A DNA stretch of 64,000 nt. Source: Octopus vulgaris (taxonomy: Eukaryota). Made by a program: the position numbers and the translations under genes. Within the stretch, counting starts at the first letter, position 1. Each line of letters starts with the position of its first letter. Below are positions 25,044 through 38,596 of this stretch, in pieces. Under the pieces are notes generated by a model that saw only the letters and a list, made by a program, of their open reading frames with translations, was not told the DNA's origin and searched no databases. The stretch covers positions 57,536,001-57,600,000 of the forward strand of contig OX597830.1 in the NCBI GenBank assembly GCA_951406725.2, in the 5' to 3' direction.

Positions 25044-26011
25044 TATTCAGCCTATGTTTGATCCCTGGCAGTGCCTTGTGGCCTTGAGTAAGACACTTTA
25101 TTTCACATTGTGCCAGTACACTCAGCTGGCAAAAATGAGTTGTATTTCAAAGGGCCAGCCTAGCTACATTGTCATGCTGAATTTCCCTGAGAAGTACGTC
25201 GCACAAGTGTCTGTGGAGTGCTCAGCCACTCACAGGCTGATTTCAGGAGCAGGCTTGTTCTCCTCATTGGATCAGCTGGAACCCTCCCGTGTGCCATTTT
25301 TGTTATTTAACAGTGGTTTAGAAGTTCTCTTTGCAACCACATAATTTTCAGTTCAGTCTTGATGCATGGCAAGGTAAAGGCATGGGGATTGCAGGGGAGA
25401 AATTCACTCTGTAACCAAACCACATGGTTCCAAGTTCAGTCTCACTGCATGGCACCTTCAGTAAGCGTCTTCTGTTGCCTCAAGTCAACCTCTGAGTGAC
25501 TTTGGGAGACAAAAACTGTAGGAAGCCTGTCCTGTGTGTGTGTGTGTGTGCACTTGAGTACCGATCAGCATTATTGATTGGAATCCCACAGCAAAAGTGA
25601 TGATGTTGACATTGTTAATGTAACCAGTCCTCCATGCTTTTCAAGACCTGTTGAATAAAAACTCTAACTTGAAGAATAGATAAGGGTCACTCATCAACCC
25701 CAACCCCTCAGCCACCCACCCTCATTCTGCACCTTCACCTCAATACCTAACATTCTCTCGGTTACCCACAGCCCATCACCATCACCATCTTCTCTAGCTT
25801 TTTCAGTGTTTCACTCTGGCAATCTTTTGCTACCATTCTAGCCAATGCAGGACAGCTATGTATCTTTTGCACAGCAAGACATTTCTGCCTGTCCCTAGTA
25901 TAAAATCTCTCCTCCACCCTCTCAAAACCTCTACTGCCCTTAGTCAAGGGGAGTTTTCCCCTTGCTCTTTTCCGTCTTGCAAGTTACATGTGCTGGTGAC
26001 GAGAAAAAACA

Positions 26012-26141
26012 AAAAGCACCCTGTACACTGTGGAGTGGTTGGCATTAGGAAGGCCATCCAGCTGTAGAAACCATGCCACAGAGGACATGGAGCACAATGC
26101 AGGTCTGTGACTGACTGGATCCAGTCCACCCATGCCCAGCA
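26012..26141 (+). mobile_element. RTE 3'-terminal fragment
   Basis: aaaagcaccc...gtggttggcattaggaaggccatccagctgtagaaacc...acccatgcccagca. Confidence 0.7.
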
Positions 26142-26364
26142 CAATAAAACATAGTGGATGAAGAGAATCTCTTGGGACGTTTGCTTTGATTCTTTTTACA
26201 CAGAGTTCAAACCCTGCTCAGAGCAGCTTTGCTTTTCATTCATCCATGCTTGATACAATGAAATCCAAATTCAGGGTGGATTACCAGAAATCTGAGAAAA
26301 TGCTTTGCAGTGAAATGTTCAAGTCGTTCACATGTTCAGTTCACCTGTGACAATGCTGGCACCA

Positions 26365-26448
26365 AGCTGTATTGGCACCAATACAAGCTGTATTGGCACC
26401 AATACAAGCTGTATTGGCACTAATACAAGCTGTATTGGCACCAATACA
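26365..26448. repeat. 4 x 21-bp tandem repeat with a self-complementary unit
   Basis: (agctgtattggcaccaataca)x4 with one C>T variant. Each unit contains TGTATTGG-CA-CCAATACA. Confidence 0.95.
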
Positions 26449-28802
26449 ATCCTTGAATAATATCAAATGCATCATGGATAAGGAAGAGAATGACTTAAAG
26501 CAGAGGTAACTGCTGAGGTTCCATTAAAAAAACCTTCCTTGGGTCGAACCTAAAGAGAGAAACTTTACAAATATGTTGTAAACTCTAAATGACGGCAGCC
26601 TTAGAACAGAATATGTATCTCTGTGCATTTGTTATTAGTTCAACAGTAGCTGAAGTCACCAAAATAACCAGATGGTCCACAAGTTAACTTGGAGAAGATA
26701 TTCCACATTATCTTGCAATGTATTTAAGGTCCATTCTTCTTGCTTATTGAATTTGCATAGCAACGTCATCACACAAACAACAAAGTTGTTGTGTACACTC
26801 AGTGATAAAAGCTATTTTGCACCGCTGCAGCCATATGCTCAAGTTGAGACTTGTCTTTCTGCTCTAATGTAACCAACGACAATTCTAGTCGTTATCTTAT
26901 ATAGTCTAACTGCATTTAGGAGCAAAAAGAAAAAAAAATTACTGACTGGCTTATGGTCAAGCTAACTCAAAATGCAAGTCTGTGGATGCATACAAGTATT
27001 GAAGGGGTGTATGCACCAATGGTCAAATTGGCTTAGAGGTAAACTAGCCAATGTAGTCAATTTGCAGGCTCAATACACGGAGCTATGTGTATGTTCTGTA
27101 CAAAGGCAGAGTTGCCCATTGGAAATACAGTCAGCTCTCTAAACTCCATTTACAACTTTAACTCTTCTGATGAGAATCAGTAAGGCTAGCAACCTATCAA
27201 GATGCTACAAAAACCAATAAAGGAAATTGGGGTCACATGTGCCTCGAGTTGTTCAGCAGATGAATGGATGAGGAATAAGCTGAGCACAAACTCAGAAATC
27301 TCCCAAGGACTGAGCCTCCATTGCTTCACATACATCTCCATATATCACACAATTGACCAGGCTATTGGATGTTATACCTCGCTGGTCACAGTGCACTGTT
27401 GTATCTTTCAAACGATACCACTTGGTGGCTAGACAGGCAAGCCAGCATTCCTCTTGATCGGAAGACTAGTCTGTTGCAGGGTTGCACATTTACAGCATAG
27501 TGGACTGGGGCAATGTGAAATGAAGTGTTTTGCTAAGAAACACAATATGCAACCAGTCTGGGAATTGAAACCATGATCTCACAATCATGAATGCAGCACA
27601 CTTAACCACTAGGCTACAGTCCTTCACACACACACACACAGCTAAATAGAATATATACTAACGGTTGAAGGCCTCCTCTAGAGACAGCAGACATGTCCAT
27701 CAATGGGAATACAAACCATTTCATTGTTCAACAGGATGGCATTTACACTAATGAACAAGTGAAACAAGTGAAAGAAAGGAGAGCAACAAGGAGAGAAAGT
27801 AATTAAAATAGAGATCAAAGCAGTAAATGTTATAACAATTCATTTTATACAACCCAGATATTACAAAATGATTTACATTTCAGAAATATCCAAAAGAGAG
27901 ACAGAGAGAGAACAAGAGAAAGAAAGTAAAATAGTTGTACAATTGTTTGTCGGGAACTAAGAACAACCTAAGAAAACATTGAAGAAAAGAAAGAATTTTC
28001 GGAGAATAGATAGAATAAACGAATGGGATTTGGAAAACCCAATTTCTCTAAGAGCACTTAACTGATTTGTTGATAGTGAGAGAATCTAATGAACTAAAAA
28101 TTACTCGAATATTAATTATCTGAAGATCTGCCCTATTACAAAACAAATTCCCATCAAGAGACAAACAAATAACTGGAGGAAGGCAGGGGAAAATAAATTA
28201 CAAAAAAAAAAAAATACAATAAACAAACAATAAATACGAGATGCATTTGGGTGAAGACGAATATTTGTAGACATTACAAACAGAGCACAAGACCATGCAT
28301 ACACATGTTAATAGGTTTATATATATATATATATATATATAAATATATCACCACACACATATACAGAAATACACACACACTCATATATATATATATATAT
28401 ATATATATGTCCATAGATAGACATACACATACACGTACACACATAACACACTTGCACGCACCCACCCACCCATATATATATATATATATATATATATAGG
28501 AGAGAGAGAGAGATGCATAGACACACACACACATACATACATATATCTCAATGGATATACATACAGAAGAAAAATAACTTTACCATTTACTCATTTCTTG
28601 AAAGATGATGGTTCAGGACATCACTACTCAGTTTCTTTGCCATTTGCCTGACCAAAATCTGGCTTTTGTCATTTGAAAGATTCTTGAGACAAGAAACTGT
28701 GTGGCAACAGGGTGAATCTTCAGCTTCAAACAAAGAAATTTCATATGCATTTACACACACGTGGGAGAGTATATATCACACACAATACAGACACAACACC
28801 AA

Positions 28803-28834
<32 letters not shown>

Positions 28835-29352
28835 TACATGTTAATTATATCCATTTATCTAATCATGATTCAACCCATGTATGAAAATAGAACTTTTTCT
28901 TCATAAATGATGCAAAAATGTGTATTAATTAGCATAATAAACATTTTTGCATAATTGATAGAGCCACTAAAATGAACATCATTTCATTTAAGAATATTTC
29001 AGAAAATAAGCATTTTAATATTCAATATCATGTGTTAAATAAAGGAGACAAAATACTAATATTTTCTTATCATCCTTAACAAGTGTGACTGGTGAACTAA
29101 AAAGCTCATCACCAGAGACACATTCAAGAATTATCCAAACCTAAGTTGAAATATTTTTTTTTTTCAGCTGTAGATGGTGACATTGTTCGATAACTTCTGC
29201 TCAGGCTATGGATGTTTTTAATGAACCTGGATATTCTGACCATTCGTGATCAGGAAAGTAGTAAGGGAAAAAAAAAAACCTTCTCAAAGGATGCACTCAG
29301 TTGATAAACAATAAAATTATACAACAAGCAGGTTGGTGTCACAGAAAGAAAG

Positions 29353-29417
<65 letters not shown>

Positions 29418-29440
29418 CAAACTTGTAAGATACCCCCCTC

Positions 29441-29760
29441 CCATTTTCCAAGCTGGGTTGGATGGATTTGATAGGAACTGGCGAGACAGAAGGCTGTGCC
29501 AAGCTAGAATGTTTGCTTTGGTTTTGCTGGGCACTAACACCAACCACTTTGCAGAGTGTACTGGGTGCTTTTTATGTGGCACCAGCACCAGTGAGATCAC
29601 CAAGAAACTCACGGTGGGGGGGGGGGGGGCTCTCTCTCAGCTAAGTGCTATGTAGTATTGAGAGAGGGTTTATGCCACACAATAAAGGGGCTATAACGAG
29701 AGAGACAGAAACAGGCGTCTTGCTGTAGAGACGGTACATGACTATCCTAGTTAAGGGGAG
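29441..29760 (-). mobile_element. RTE 3'-terminal fragment or tail-sharing SINE
   Basis: ccattttccaagctgggttggatgg...caaccactttgcagagtgtactgggtgctttttatgtggcacc. Confidence 0.65.
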
Positions 29761-30668
29761 AGAAAATTAGTCCAGGCCTACTGTCAAGTTACAAGGTGAA
29801 TATAAGGGGTAGAAAGGATGAGTAAGTTGAAGAGAATGACAGATGGATAGAGGTGAATACAGGGGTTAGGAAAGGAGCTGTGCAAGGAGTAGGTTTTAGA
29901 TGTGTTGCACATAGAAAAATATACAGCTCTGAAAAATTGGAATGCCTACATCTGGTTCACTATGACCATAAGAATTGAATGAGGTTAAGAAATTCTTTTT
30001 GAAAGGGTTCAAATCTAATTTACTGGGCTCAACACAACCAAGTGTACATCCAATGCTTCTTAAAAGAACAAAAATTTCATTTCAACTGCAGGAATCCAAC
30101 AGGTAAATATGATTTGGTAACATCAAAGTTTGGGGAAGAGGCTGACTGCATGAAAAAAAGGCCCAGCCTAATAATTAAGCTGAAGAATCTCAGAAAAGAA
30201 ACTTTCTCTGAAGATTCTGGAGAAGACTATGCTTCCATATGTCAATAGTCATTTGGGTCACTTATGGAATTTTCAGTATAACAATATCCCCAAAGTATAA
30301 GGCAGAAATAATCAAAGAATTCCTGACATGTAAGAAAATGCAATATCCATATTCAATAGAAAATTTATGGAAATGGACAAACATGATTATTCAAATAAGT
30401 AAAACCAGGAAATTAAATGAATTTTATGATTAATATAACCAGACAATTGGAAGAAATCACAAACAGATTAACAGATTCAATGCCAGGTAGATGGAATTCC
30501 ATTTTGAAAAAGTTTAGGTACCAAGAATTGAGCATCATATGAATTGATTCTCTCACATATTTAAATTGATAAAAAGATTAGACAGGTTTTAAGTGTAAAA
30601 TTGATGTTAATTTTTGTGGCATTTACAAGTGCTATCAATAATTGTAAAGACTAAAAAGTTTTATATTT

Positions 30669-30867
30669 TTAACCGTTTAGCCCAAATATTCTGCTTTGTG
30701 TTCAAACTGTCAAAATCTGGCTTCTTATACCTACCCAACAATGTGATTCAAAAAATATAGAATTACATCATTGAAATGTCAAAGTTACAAGATACTGTGT
30801 GATTAATTCAAAACAATGTTAATAAATATTAAATCTGACAAAGAAAATCTGAACGCTGAAGGGTTAA
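30669..30867. mobile_element. TTAA-flanked MITE, family B
   Basis: ttaaccgtttagc...gctgaagggttaa; reverse complement of 11924-12149. Confidence 0.65.
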
Positions 30868-33800
30868 ACTTGCATCATTTAAAAGTAAAAACTTCTTTTT
30901 TCTGTAAGTTTGAACTGAGATTAAATAAGTGGAACTAATAAACATTCAATTATCCATTTGACACAAATGAGTATAAATATATACACATATCTACACGCAT
31001 CACATACATATGAAGACATTCAACTCTACAAGTGGAATATAAAAGACTTGATGCATGAAGAAAAAGTTATTTGTTCGAAGTTGAGGATTCAAAAGCTTCT
31101 TCACAGGTGCTACCCCTTGCACACAGCAAGAAGCTATGAGTAGTGACATAGTAAGCTAGCTTTGAATAAATACATTCTGCATATACACACTCAAACAAGA
31201 TATATATATACACATATATAAATTTAGAAAAAAAAATTTTTTTTTTAAATGAATTTCTGACAATTTCGATGAAGAGTATTGCAGCTGTTCACCTGACCAG
31301 CAAACTCATTGGATTGTATTATGTGTAGCAGATAATTCCAGGGAAAGTTGTATCCTTAATTTAATTCTGATAGAATCAGCATCAATTACGGGAATCTAGA
31401 GCTGCATCTGGCAGGTTTCCACCGTTTGTCTACTTCCTGTCATTCACAAGGCTTGAGATTATGGTAGAAGACACAACTTGCCTAACGACAGGATCAAACC
31501 AGCACAAAACCAACATTTCGATCACTTGGCATGCCTGCATCCTGACACACCTATGTAGACATTCACATACATACCCATATCTCTACAAATACACAAACAC
31601 ACACATTCTGCATGTATTAATACATGGTGCACAACAAACAATGGATTTTGACAAGGACAAATACATCAGCATCTAATGTGGTATTTCCAATGGGGTTTAT
31701 CCCCAAACTGTGTATGGAGTAGACAGCATTACGTATGCAGTTGTATATAGCATTGCATGTGTAAGCAAGTCCGTGTTTTGGAATGTGTGTGTGTCCACAT
31801 CCACACCTACACACATTCTCAATTATGTTATATGTTCAAAAAAAAAAAAAAAAATTCTGTGGGTTTCATTCATTGAATATTTTCCAGAAATCTAAGAAGA
31901 GGAATACACAGTTCTTTTAAAGGCAAATTATTGAAACATCCCAGAACCGTCATTTGCAATGAATAATTATAATTTTCATATTCTGTTTAATATCCATGCA
32001 AATCAAAATGAGTTCATTTTTGCAATCTTCTGACCAGCGGCACAATGTCTTAAGTATATTCATCACGTTGCGACTACACTGTAGACCTTCAGTGAAAGAA
32101 AGGTAGCATTAGTATAGTTATTTCTTTTACATAGACAGTCAAATTTATCAGTCAACAAAGCGATAAAGAAGCTGTTACACTCACTAAAGGGGAATATTTA
32201 ACAAAAAAAAAATTCACTTGAACAAAGTGAATCAGCTTCAATTTATTTTCCAAAAATCTGAATAAAAAAATGTGGACTCAGACCACTGAGAACTTTCTCA
32301 TCACCATAGCACTTGTTACAAGAACAGTATTGTTGTTATCATCATTATCAGTGTTGTGTGTAGAAGTGGTGGTGGTAACAACAACAACAACAATAATAAT
32401 AATAATAATAATTAGAATAAAAGAAGATCAATATTTGTCATGAACTTACATATTTACTTAACAGGAAACATGAAACACTAATATCAGTTGTCTTAGAACA
32501 ACTATGAAGACATTATTATTATTATTATTATTGCAGTGGATTTACAGAGTTGTTAGGCAAATGCTCTGCAGTGGATTTCTTTGAGCTCTTCCCATTCTAA
32601 GCTGAAAAGCCTACTGAGGTCAACTGTGTCATGCATCATTTCACTTGTCAAGTAACTGCAGTTGATTTAGTCAGCCTCTCCCATTAAGATTGCTGCCCTT
32701 GAGCCGAAATGAAAATTTCTTATAATCAAATCAACATCATGCAGATGTCTTCAAGAATTTTGTTAGATTTGGGGGTTTTTTGACTTTTAGGTTACTTTTC
32801 TGAGTTTTCTACTTTCTGAATCATATTTTGAGGTTCAAAATTTTAGCGGAGCAATGAATGTCTTCCTCACCCTACTCCTCCACCACCACCACCACCACCA
32901 CCAGGCAACAGAATTTAAATTCATGATAAAAAATATTTTGTACTTTTTAAGCTAAAAAATGGTGATAAGTTTACACATTAAAGGAATATAAGACTAAACT
33001 ATACAGGGATACAAGAAAATCCAAATCACATTGTTTTTCTGTTTATTTCAGTTCTCTGTACAAATACCTAATTTACTCAAATACATAAAATTTCATAAAG
33101 AAATTCAAATAAAAAAAAAAAAGTTTACAATAGCAAGAAATTTAGCCTCTTGCCCTCTTCTCACCCACTTTCTCACACAATTACAGGTAACTGAGAATAG
33201 ATGTCTTAAGCAGCATGTTGGACCCAATAAACCAAATTTAAAATCCCAAACACGAACTAATTCTCAGTGAGCTTAATATTACAGTAAATAGTTTTCAAAT
33301 TGGCAACAAACAGGTAATGAAGATCAGCAGTGGTAGATGGTGATGGTGGTGATAAGGATGACGACGACGATGATGATGATAATAACAACAAAATAATAAT
33401 ACTAATAATAATAATCATAATAATGCAAAAATACAAGGTAGCTGGAAAATTTTCAAATGCAGAAATAAGAGGGTTGTAGAAAAGAAAGCAATACAAAGAT
33501 AGAAGCAACTGAGGGTGGAGATTTTATATATGTATATATATACATATGTATATATACACACACACACACACACACATACATACAGGTAAACAACACACAA
33601 CATATGCAGGTCTCAACAATTGTTTTATTTATTCTCTTGGTGTTACCTGCCCAGTGGATCAGTTACAAATTGAATAGGGGGTAAGAAAAACTGACCTTGG
33701 GTGAAGGACAGCAAACTAGTAATATTGTTGCCGTGACAACCATTCAATTAATGGAGCTGAGTACAATTATTTTCAATTATTCTTTTTTTGTTTCTTTTTA

Positions 33801-34723
33801 AAGCACTGAGTAATTTCCAGATCCTGTTTAGCGGATATTGGCATATCAAACTCACAAATCATCTTTTTTGACAAGAATAAAGAAGACACAAGCAACAAGG
33901 AAGAGCAAACATTTGCAGTATACACTTGGAAGTAAATGAACATTGTCGAATTGAAGTAAAATAAAGGAGAGGTAGGTAAAAAGAACGGAAGGGGGGGGGG
34001 AGTCTTCATTAAAAACTTACTTCTCTTCAGCTACTACTGATAGTTGAAGTGGTTTCATAGAGGTCAACTGATTAAAACTTAAATGTTTTGTCTATCCATT
34101 TATGCTATGTTGATGTTCTTAGACTGGATCAAACACAGCATGGAAACAGAAAAATAATTGCCAGAGAGCTTTGAGTAGCACATAACATCTTAGTTTGAAA
34201 TGGGACTGTTTAAATTTTTAGTTTAAAGGTATTTAAAATTGAAGTTAAATTATTTCTTTAAATCCAAATTTACATAAAAATTACTAAGTAATCTTTAAAA
34301 TAATACAGAAAAAAAATTAACCCATCATATCCAGAAAAGAGGAAAAGAAAATAGAAAAAGATTTTTACAATTATTAATTTTATTTTGTTTCTTGTTATAA
34401 AAAAAAAAGGGGGGGGGATCTAAGACACTTTAAATTTCTTGAAACACCTGTAATAGCATTATTATTATTATTATTTACTATCCCGAGAAGTTTTGATTTA
34501 CTTTCATCACTATGCATTAAGTCCTAACATTGAGAAGGAACTTTTATTACTGAACAAGTGTGTGTGTATGTGTGTGTGAAAAAAGAGGTGGAAGTAAAAA
34601 GATAGAAGTAATTTTAAGTTCTCAAAACCCTTAATAATACACCTAGCATTTTACTATCATAAAACTATATATGTACATACACACACACACACACACATGC
34701 ATATGTACATACACACAAATATG

Positions 34724-34767
<44 letters not shown>

Positions 34768-35611
34768 GCACACACATACACACAAACTTATGTGCAAACA
34801 TAGGTGTACACAAGCTCACACACACTTGTACACACATATACACACACATTTCTGCACGCATGTCTGTGTGCATAGTGTGTTGTACATAAACTGGTTTGAG
34901 TTGGAAAACAAACAAAAACATTGTGATTTGTTGTCCCCTGGGGTTTTCATAGGCTTAAACTCATTACTTCATTACAGTAAAATTATGAGGATTACAGGAG
35001 AGCAACTGAGTGGGTGGGTGGGTGGGTGGGTGGGTGGGAGCATTGGTTTGAGAAGACTTTTTACCATTGCAAAATAACTTTGCTATCTTATTAAAAGTTG
35101 TTAAGAGGGTATGGGAATGTGAAAACTTGAATGGTTTTATGAAACAGGTATGGAAGAGAAAAGAGGTGAAGAAAGAGATGCATGAAAGGAAGAGAGAGGG
35201 CACAAAAGGGGGACCGACAGATAAGCAATCGGTCAAAACTGGCAACAGTCACAAAATTTCATAGATTATTGATAGCAGCAGCTTAAGATGAGATAAGCAG
35301 TCAGTCAGTGAGTGAGTGAGAAGAGCATCCATATTATTAAAGACAGCACATTATTATTATTATTATTATTATTATCATAGTGGGCTTAAAGATTATTTTT
35401 CATTGCAGGAGGTGAAGAAGGGTCAGTTCTTTTGAATAGTTTTCCTTAGAATAGCAATAGTAAAAAGAAAAAATGAGATGGGGGGGAAATATGTAGGAAG
35501 CATGTATATATTTTTTTTAAATATATATTTTTTCAACTAGGGATCAACTGTAGCCAAGCAGCTTCACTTGTCTATCATTGCTAACTATTATTTCTCCTGT
35601 TTATATATTAT

Positions 35612-35648
<37 letters not shown>

Positions 35649-36226
35649 GGGGGAGCAATTTTCTTAAATAGTTTGTTTTTTCTTTGGAGGATTCCCCCCT
35701 CTTTTGGAAGGATGAGGGAAGGGGCATTTTATGCAATGTTTTATTGTTTTATTTTTTTTAGTTCACTAAGGTGTTTTCTTTTGTATTTTTGCTTTGTTGT
35801 AGTTGTTATCAATGATAATTTTCAAGCCCTCCTTAAGAATGAATGTTTTACTTTTTTTCCTCCTTTTTTCTTCTTCCGGATAAATTTGGACCCCCACCCA
35901 GCCACACACCAGTAAAAATGTCTGCCTCTATTTTCCGATAAGGATTTGAAGAGGAAAAAAAATATATAAGTTGTGTTCAACGAAGGACTTTCCGCCAACT
36001 GTTTTACTTTCTCAGTGGTTTAAATTGAACTCAGTCTATGTAAATCCAGGAATAAATGGTCATCGCCAGCCTCATCAGATCTCCAGCTGTTGATGTAGTA
36101 GTAGTAGTATTACTATGTGAGCAACAACCTGCAATAGGTCGTAGTAGCCAGCCGAGCCAGTCGCCTCTTCCCAGCTGTAGCCATGACAGCACTAGACGAC
36201 TCCTCACGCACGCTCCACATTCATAC

Positions 36227-36327
36227 TTATGTCTGTGCAGCATTAGCAGAACTGTTCTGGATAGGAGATATATTAGAAGATACAACAGGAGAGCTTGGCA
36301 TACCAGCTGTATTATTGACTCCTGATC
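36227..36327 (-). CDS. CSNK2A1: Casein kinase II alpha, last coding exon (101 nt including TAA)
   Basis: Strong acceptor tcttttctcctag|, peptide (G)SGVNNTAGMPSSPVVSSNISPIQNSSANAAQT*. The phase matches the preceding 87-nt exon. Confidence 0.75.
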
Positions 36328-36873
36328 CTAGGAGAAAAGAAAAAAAAGAAACAGGAATTAGAAATGGTTTTAGGTTTAAGGCACAAAGTCAATATTTGAT
36401 GAGAGTAGGGGGATGTCACCAACTGGGGTAATTCTAGTACATTGGCTCAGTATATTGTAAACATCCTCGGATAAAGAAAATAATACTGTAACTTATTTCA
36501 CCTGTCAATTAGTGCATTTGTACCAATTCTTTAGAATCTGGTCAACTTTGCCTGTCACTGAACGAAGGCCAATAAAAAAACAGTAAAATACCAAGGCTGA
36601 TGTATTCAACTTTTTCCCTCCTATGTTGGACAATTCCTGAAACTGATGCTCAGAGTTCATGATGCTGTATTTGGTCAAACATGTCAGTCTCTGAACAATA
36701 AAGGTCATTCATACTATTTGTCTACCCCCCACCCACCCACCACAGGATAAAGCATTCATTTGCTGCTCCAATTACTGCAATGGCTTAAAACTTTTCAATT
36801 AGTTTGTTCTTAATTCGTTTCTTTTAAAAAGGAATTCTTCCTCCTCCCGTCATATCTTCCCTGTTTCTATCCC

Positions 36874-37085
36874 ATCATCGTTTAATGTCCATTTTCCATG
36901 CTGGCATAGGCTGGACAGATTGACTGGGTTCTGGGAAGCCAGGACGCTGCACTAGGCCCCAATCTAATCTGGCAGTGTTTCTACAGCTGGATGCCCTTCC
37001 TAATGCCAACCACTTCAAGAGTGTAGTGGGTGCTTTTTACATGCCACCGGCACGGGGGCCAGAGGAGCTGGCATTGACCATGATC
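36874..37085 (-). mobile_element. RTE 3'-terminal fragment
   Basis: catcatcgtttaatgtccattttccatgctggcat...gtgtagtgggtgctttttacatgccaccggcacgggggcc is nearly colinear with 59845-60100. Confidence 0.8.
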
Positions 37086-37431
37086 GGAAGCCAGGCATGT
37101 AAAAGGCATCATCCAATTGTCTTCATTAATATTCCCTGCCTACCATCACTTCAACCAATTCAATTCAAGACGGCCCTCAACTGAAGCTATGACCGATGAG
37201 ACCATTAACACATGGCCCAAAGTAAAGGGTGTGTACCAAAAGAGTGGACTAACACATTTCACACTGGTTTATTTCAGTGAGCACATTTCAAGATATTATT
37301 GTCTGGATCTGGATCAGCCACATACAAGTAAACAGACTCATGATTGAAAGCTATTCCAGCCATAGCCACACCATCCCTTCTCCCAGAGTTGTGGACTCTG
37401 GCTAACATTACCCAATTTGTTTTTTTGTTAA

Positions 37432-37655
37432 CAAGGGTTCTCAACCAGGGTCCAATACAAGATTTTGTTAAAATTTATTTGCAATAAATTGGTTGTGCTT
37501 TTACAATACACAGAATATTTCAACAAATCTTTTATACAATTCCTAATAAGATTAAAATTTTATAAAAATATGAGATTTTTTTTAAAACATCAAATAATTG
37601 AGTGTCCAGTAGAGGAAAACAGGTATCAAAGTGGGTCGTTGGGTCAGAACCACTG
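37432..37655. mobile_element. Short hAT-like non-autonomous element
   Basis: Imperfect TIRs caagggttctcaacc...gggtcagaaccactg. Confidence 0.45.
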
Positions 37656-37991
37656 ATTTACAATATTTACAATATCTTTAGCAAGTGGAACAACCAGAGA
37701 GGTGTGCAGGAGCTGTTAAGAAATACTTCTCAAAGAAGAATACCTGTCTAGTACAATTTTACTGAAACACCCATGAAATATACACTAACCCATTTCTTAG
37801 GGATGAACATTATACACCCTACTTTTATGGTACCACAATGAACTATTAAGTCTTGTCTCTTTATTGAGTATAAAAGATACCAGAGTTAAAAGAGTAAAAT
37901 TTAATGATGAGCAGTGGGTGAGTTGCTGGCAGTGCAACAACTCACCAACTGCTAGCGAGAGGAGGATAACATTTTTGACTAATGTGTACCA

Positions 37992-38135
37992 ATTATTTAC
38001 ATTTGATGGACATTTGTCCTCATCTTGTTTGTTGTTAACACATTTCAGCTGATATACCCTCCAGCTTTCATCAGGTGTCCTAGGGGGGAAATATCAAACG
38101 CGAGTTCTCATTTCAAGGTATTTTTCAATATTATC

Positions 38136-38166
<31 letters not shown>

Positions 38167-38396
38167 TCACTGCCTGGAATCGAACTCGGAACCTTGGGGT
38201 TAGTAGCCCGTGCTCTTAACCCCTATGAAAAATACATTAGGAATGTGAACCCCGGTTCGAAATTTCCCCAAGACACCCGATGAAGGCTGGAGGATATATC
38301 AGCCGAAATGTTGTGTTAACAACAAACAAGATGAAGACAAATACCCGTCAAATGCAAATAATGTAGATAATTCCTCATCTCTTAAATATAGAACTG
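37992..38396. mobile_element. tRNA/hammerhead SINE in inverted configuration (minus near-full copy plus plus-strand 3' portion)
   Basis: Minus copy 37992-38225 has the tRNA head and GGACAC-CTGATGA-AAGCTG..CAGCT-GAAA. Plus copy 38228-38396 has GACAC-CCGATGA-AGGCTG..CAGCC-GAAA-TG-TT-GTGTT. Confidence 0.85.
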
Positions 38397-38596
38397 TACA
38401 CAATTATAGATTATGCAATAGTAATCTTGTTTTAACTAGACATTCCTATGTGAATTAAGGATGGAAGTATTCAAACAAACAATTTCAACTTGATGTTTCT
38501 CAAAGCAGAGTGAGTGTTAGGTCTTTCAATCATAGAACTAAATGCATCTTCTAAGGATCAAACATTTCAAGGGTCAAGCAAGAAGTTTATAGTTAC

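Noticed and set aside
26365-26448. Palindromic repeats resembling a CRISPR array
   Set aside because: The units are directly adjacent with no unique spacers, there are no cas genes, and the context is eukaryotic.
27167-27173. Isolated CTGATGA (another at about 7016)
   Set aside because: No stem II plus GAAA follows, so this is consistent with chance occurrence.
35011-35038. (TGGG)n G-quadruplex as an RNA element
   Set aside because: It is a simple microsatellite, and the G-rich strand is antisense to the probable CK2alpha 3' UTR.
27800-36226. Exact CK2alpha polyadenylation site
   Set aside because: There are several minus-strand AATAAA candidates (for example near 35740, 34380 and 33625), and they cannot be distinguished without transcript data.
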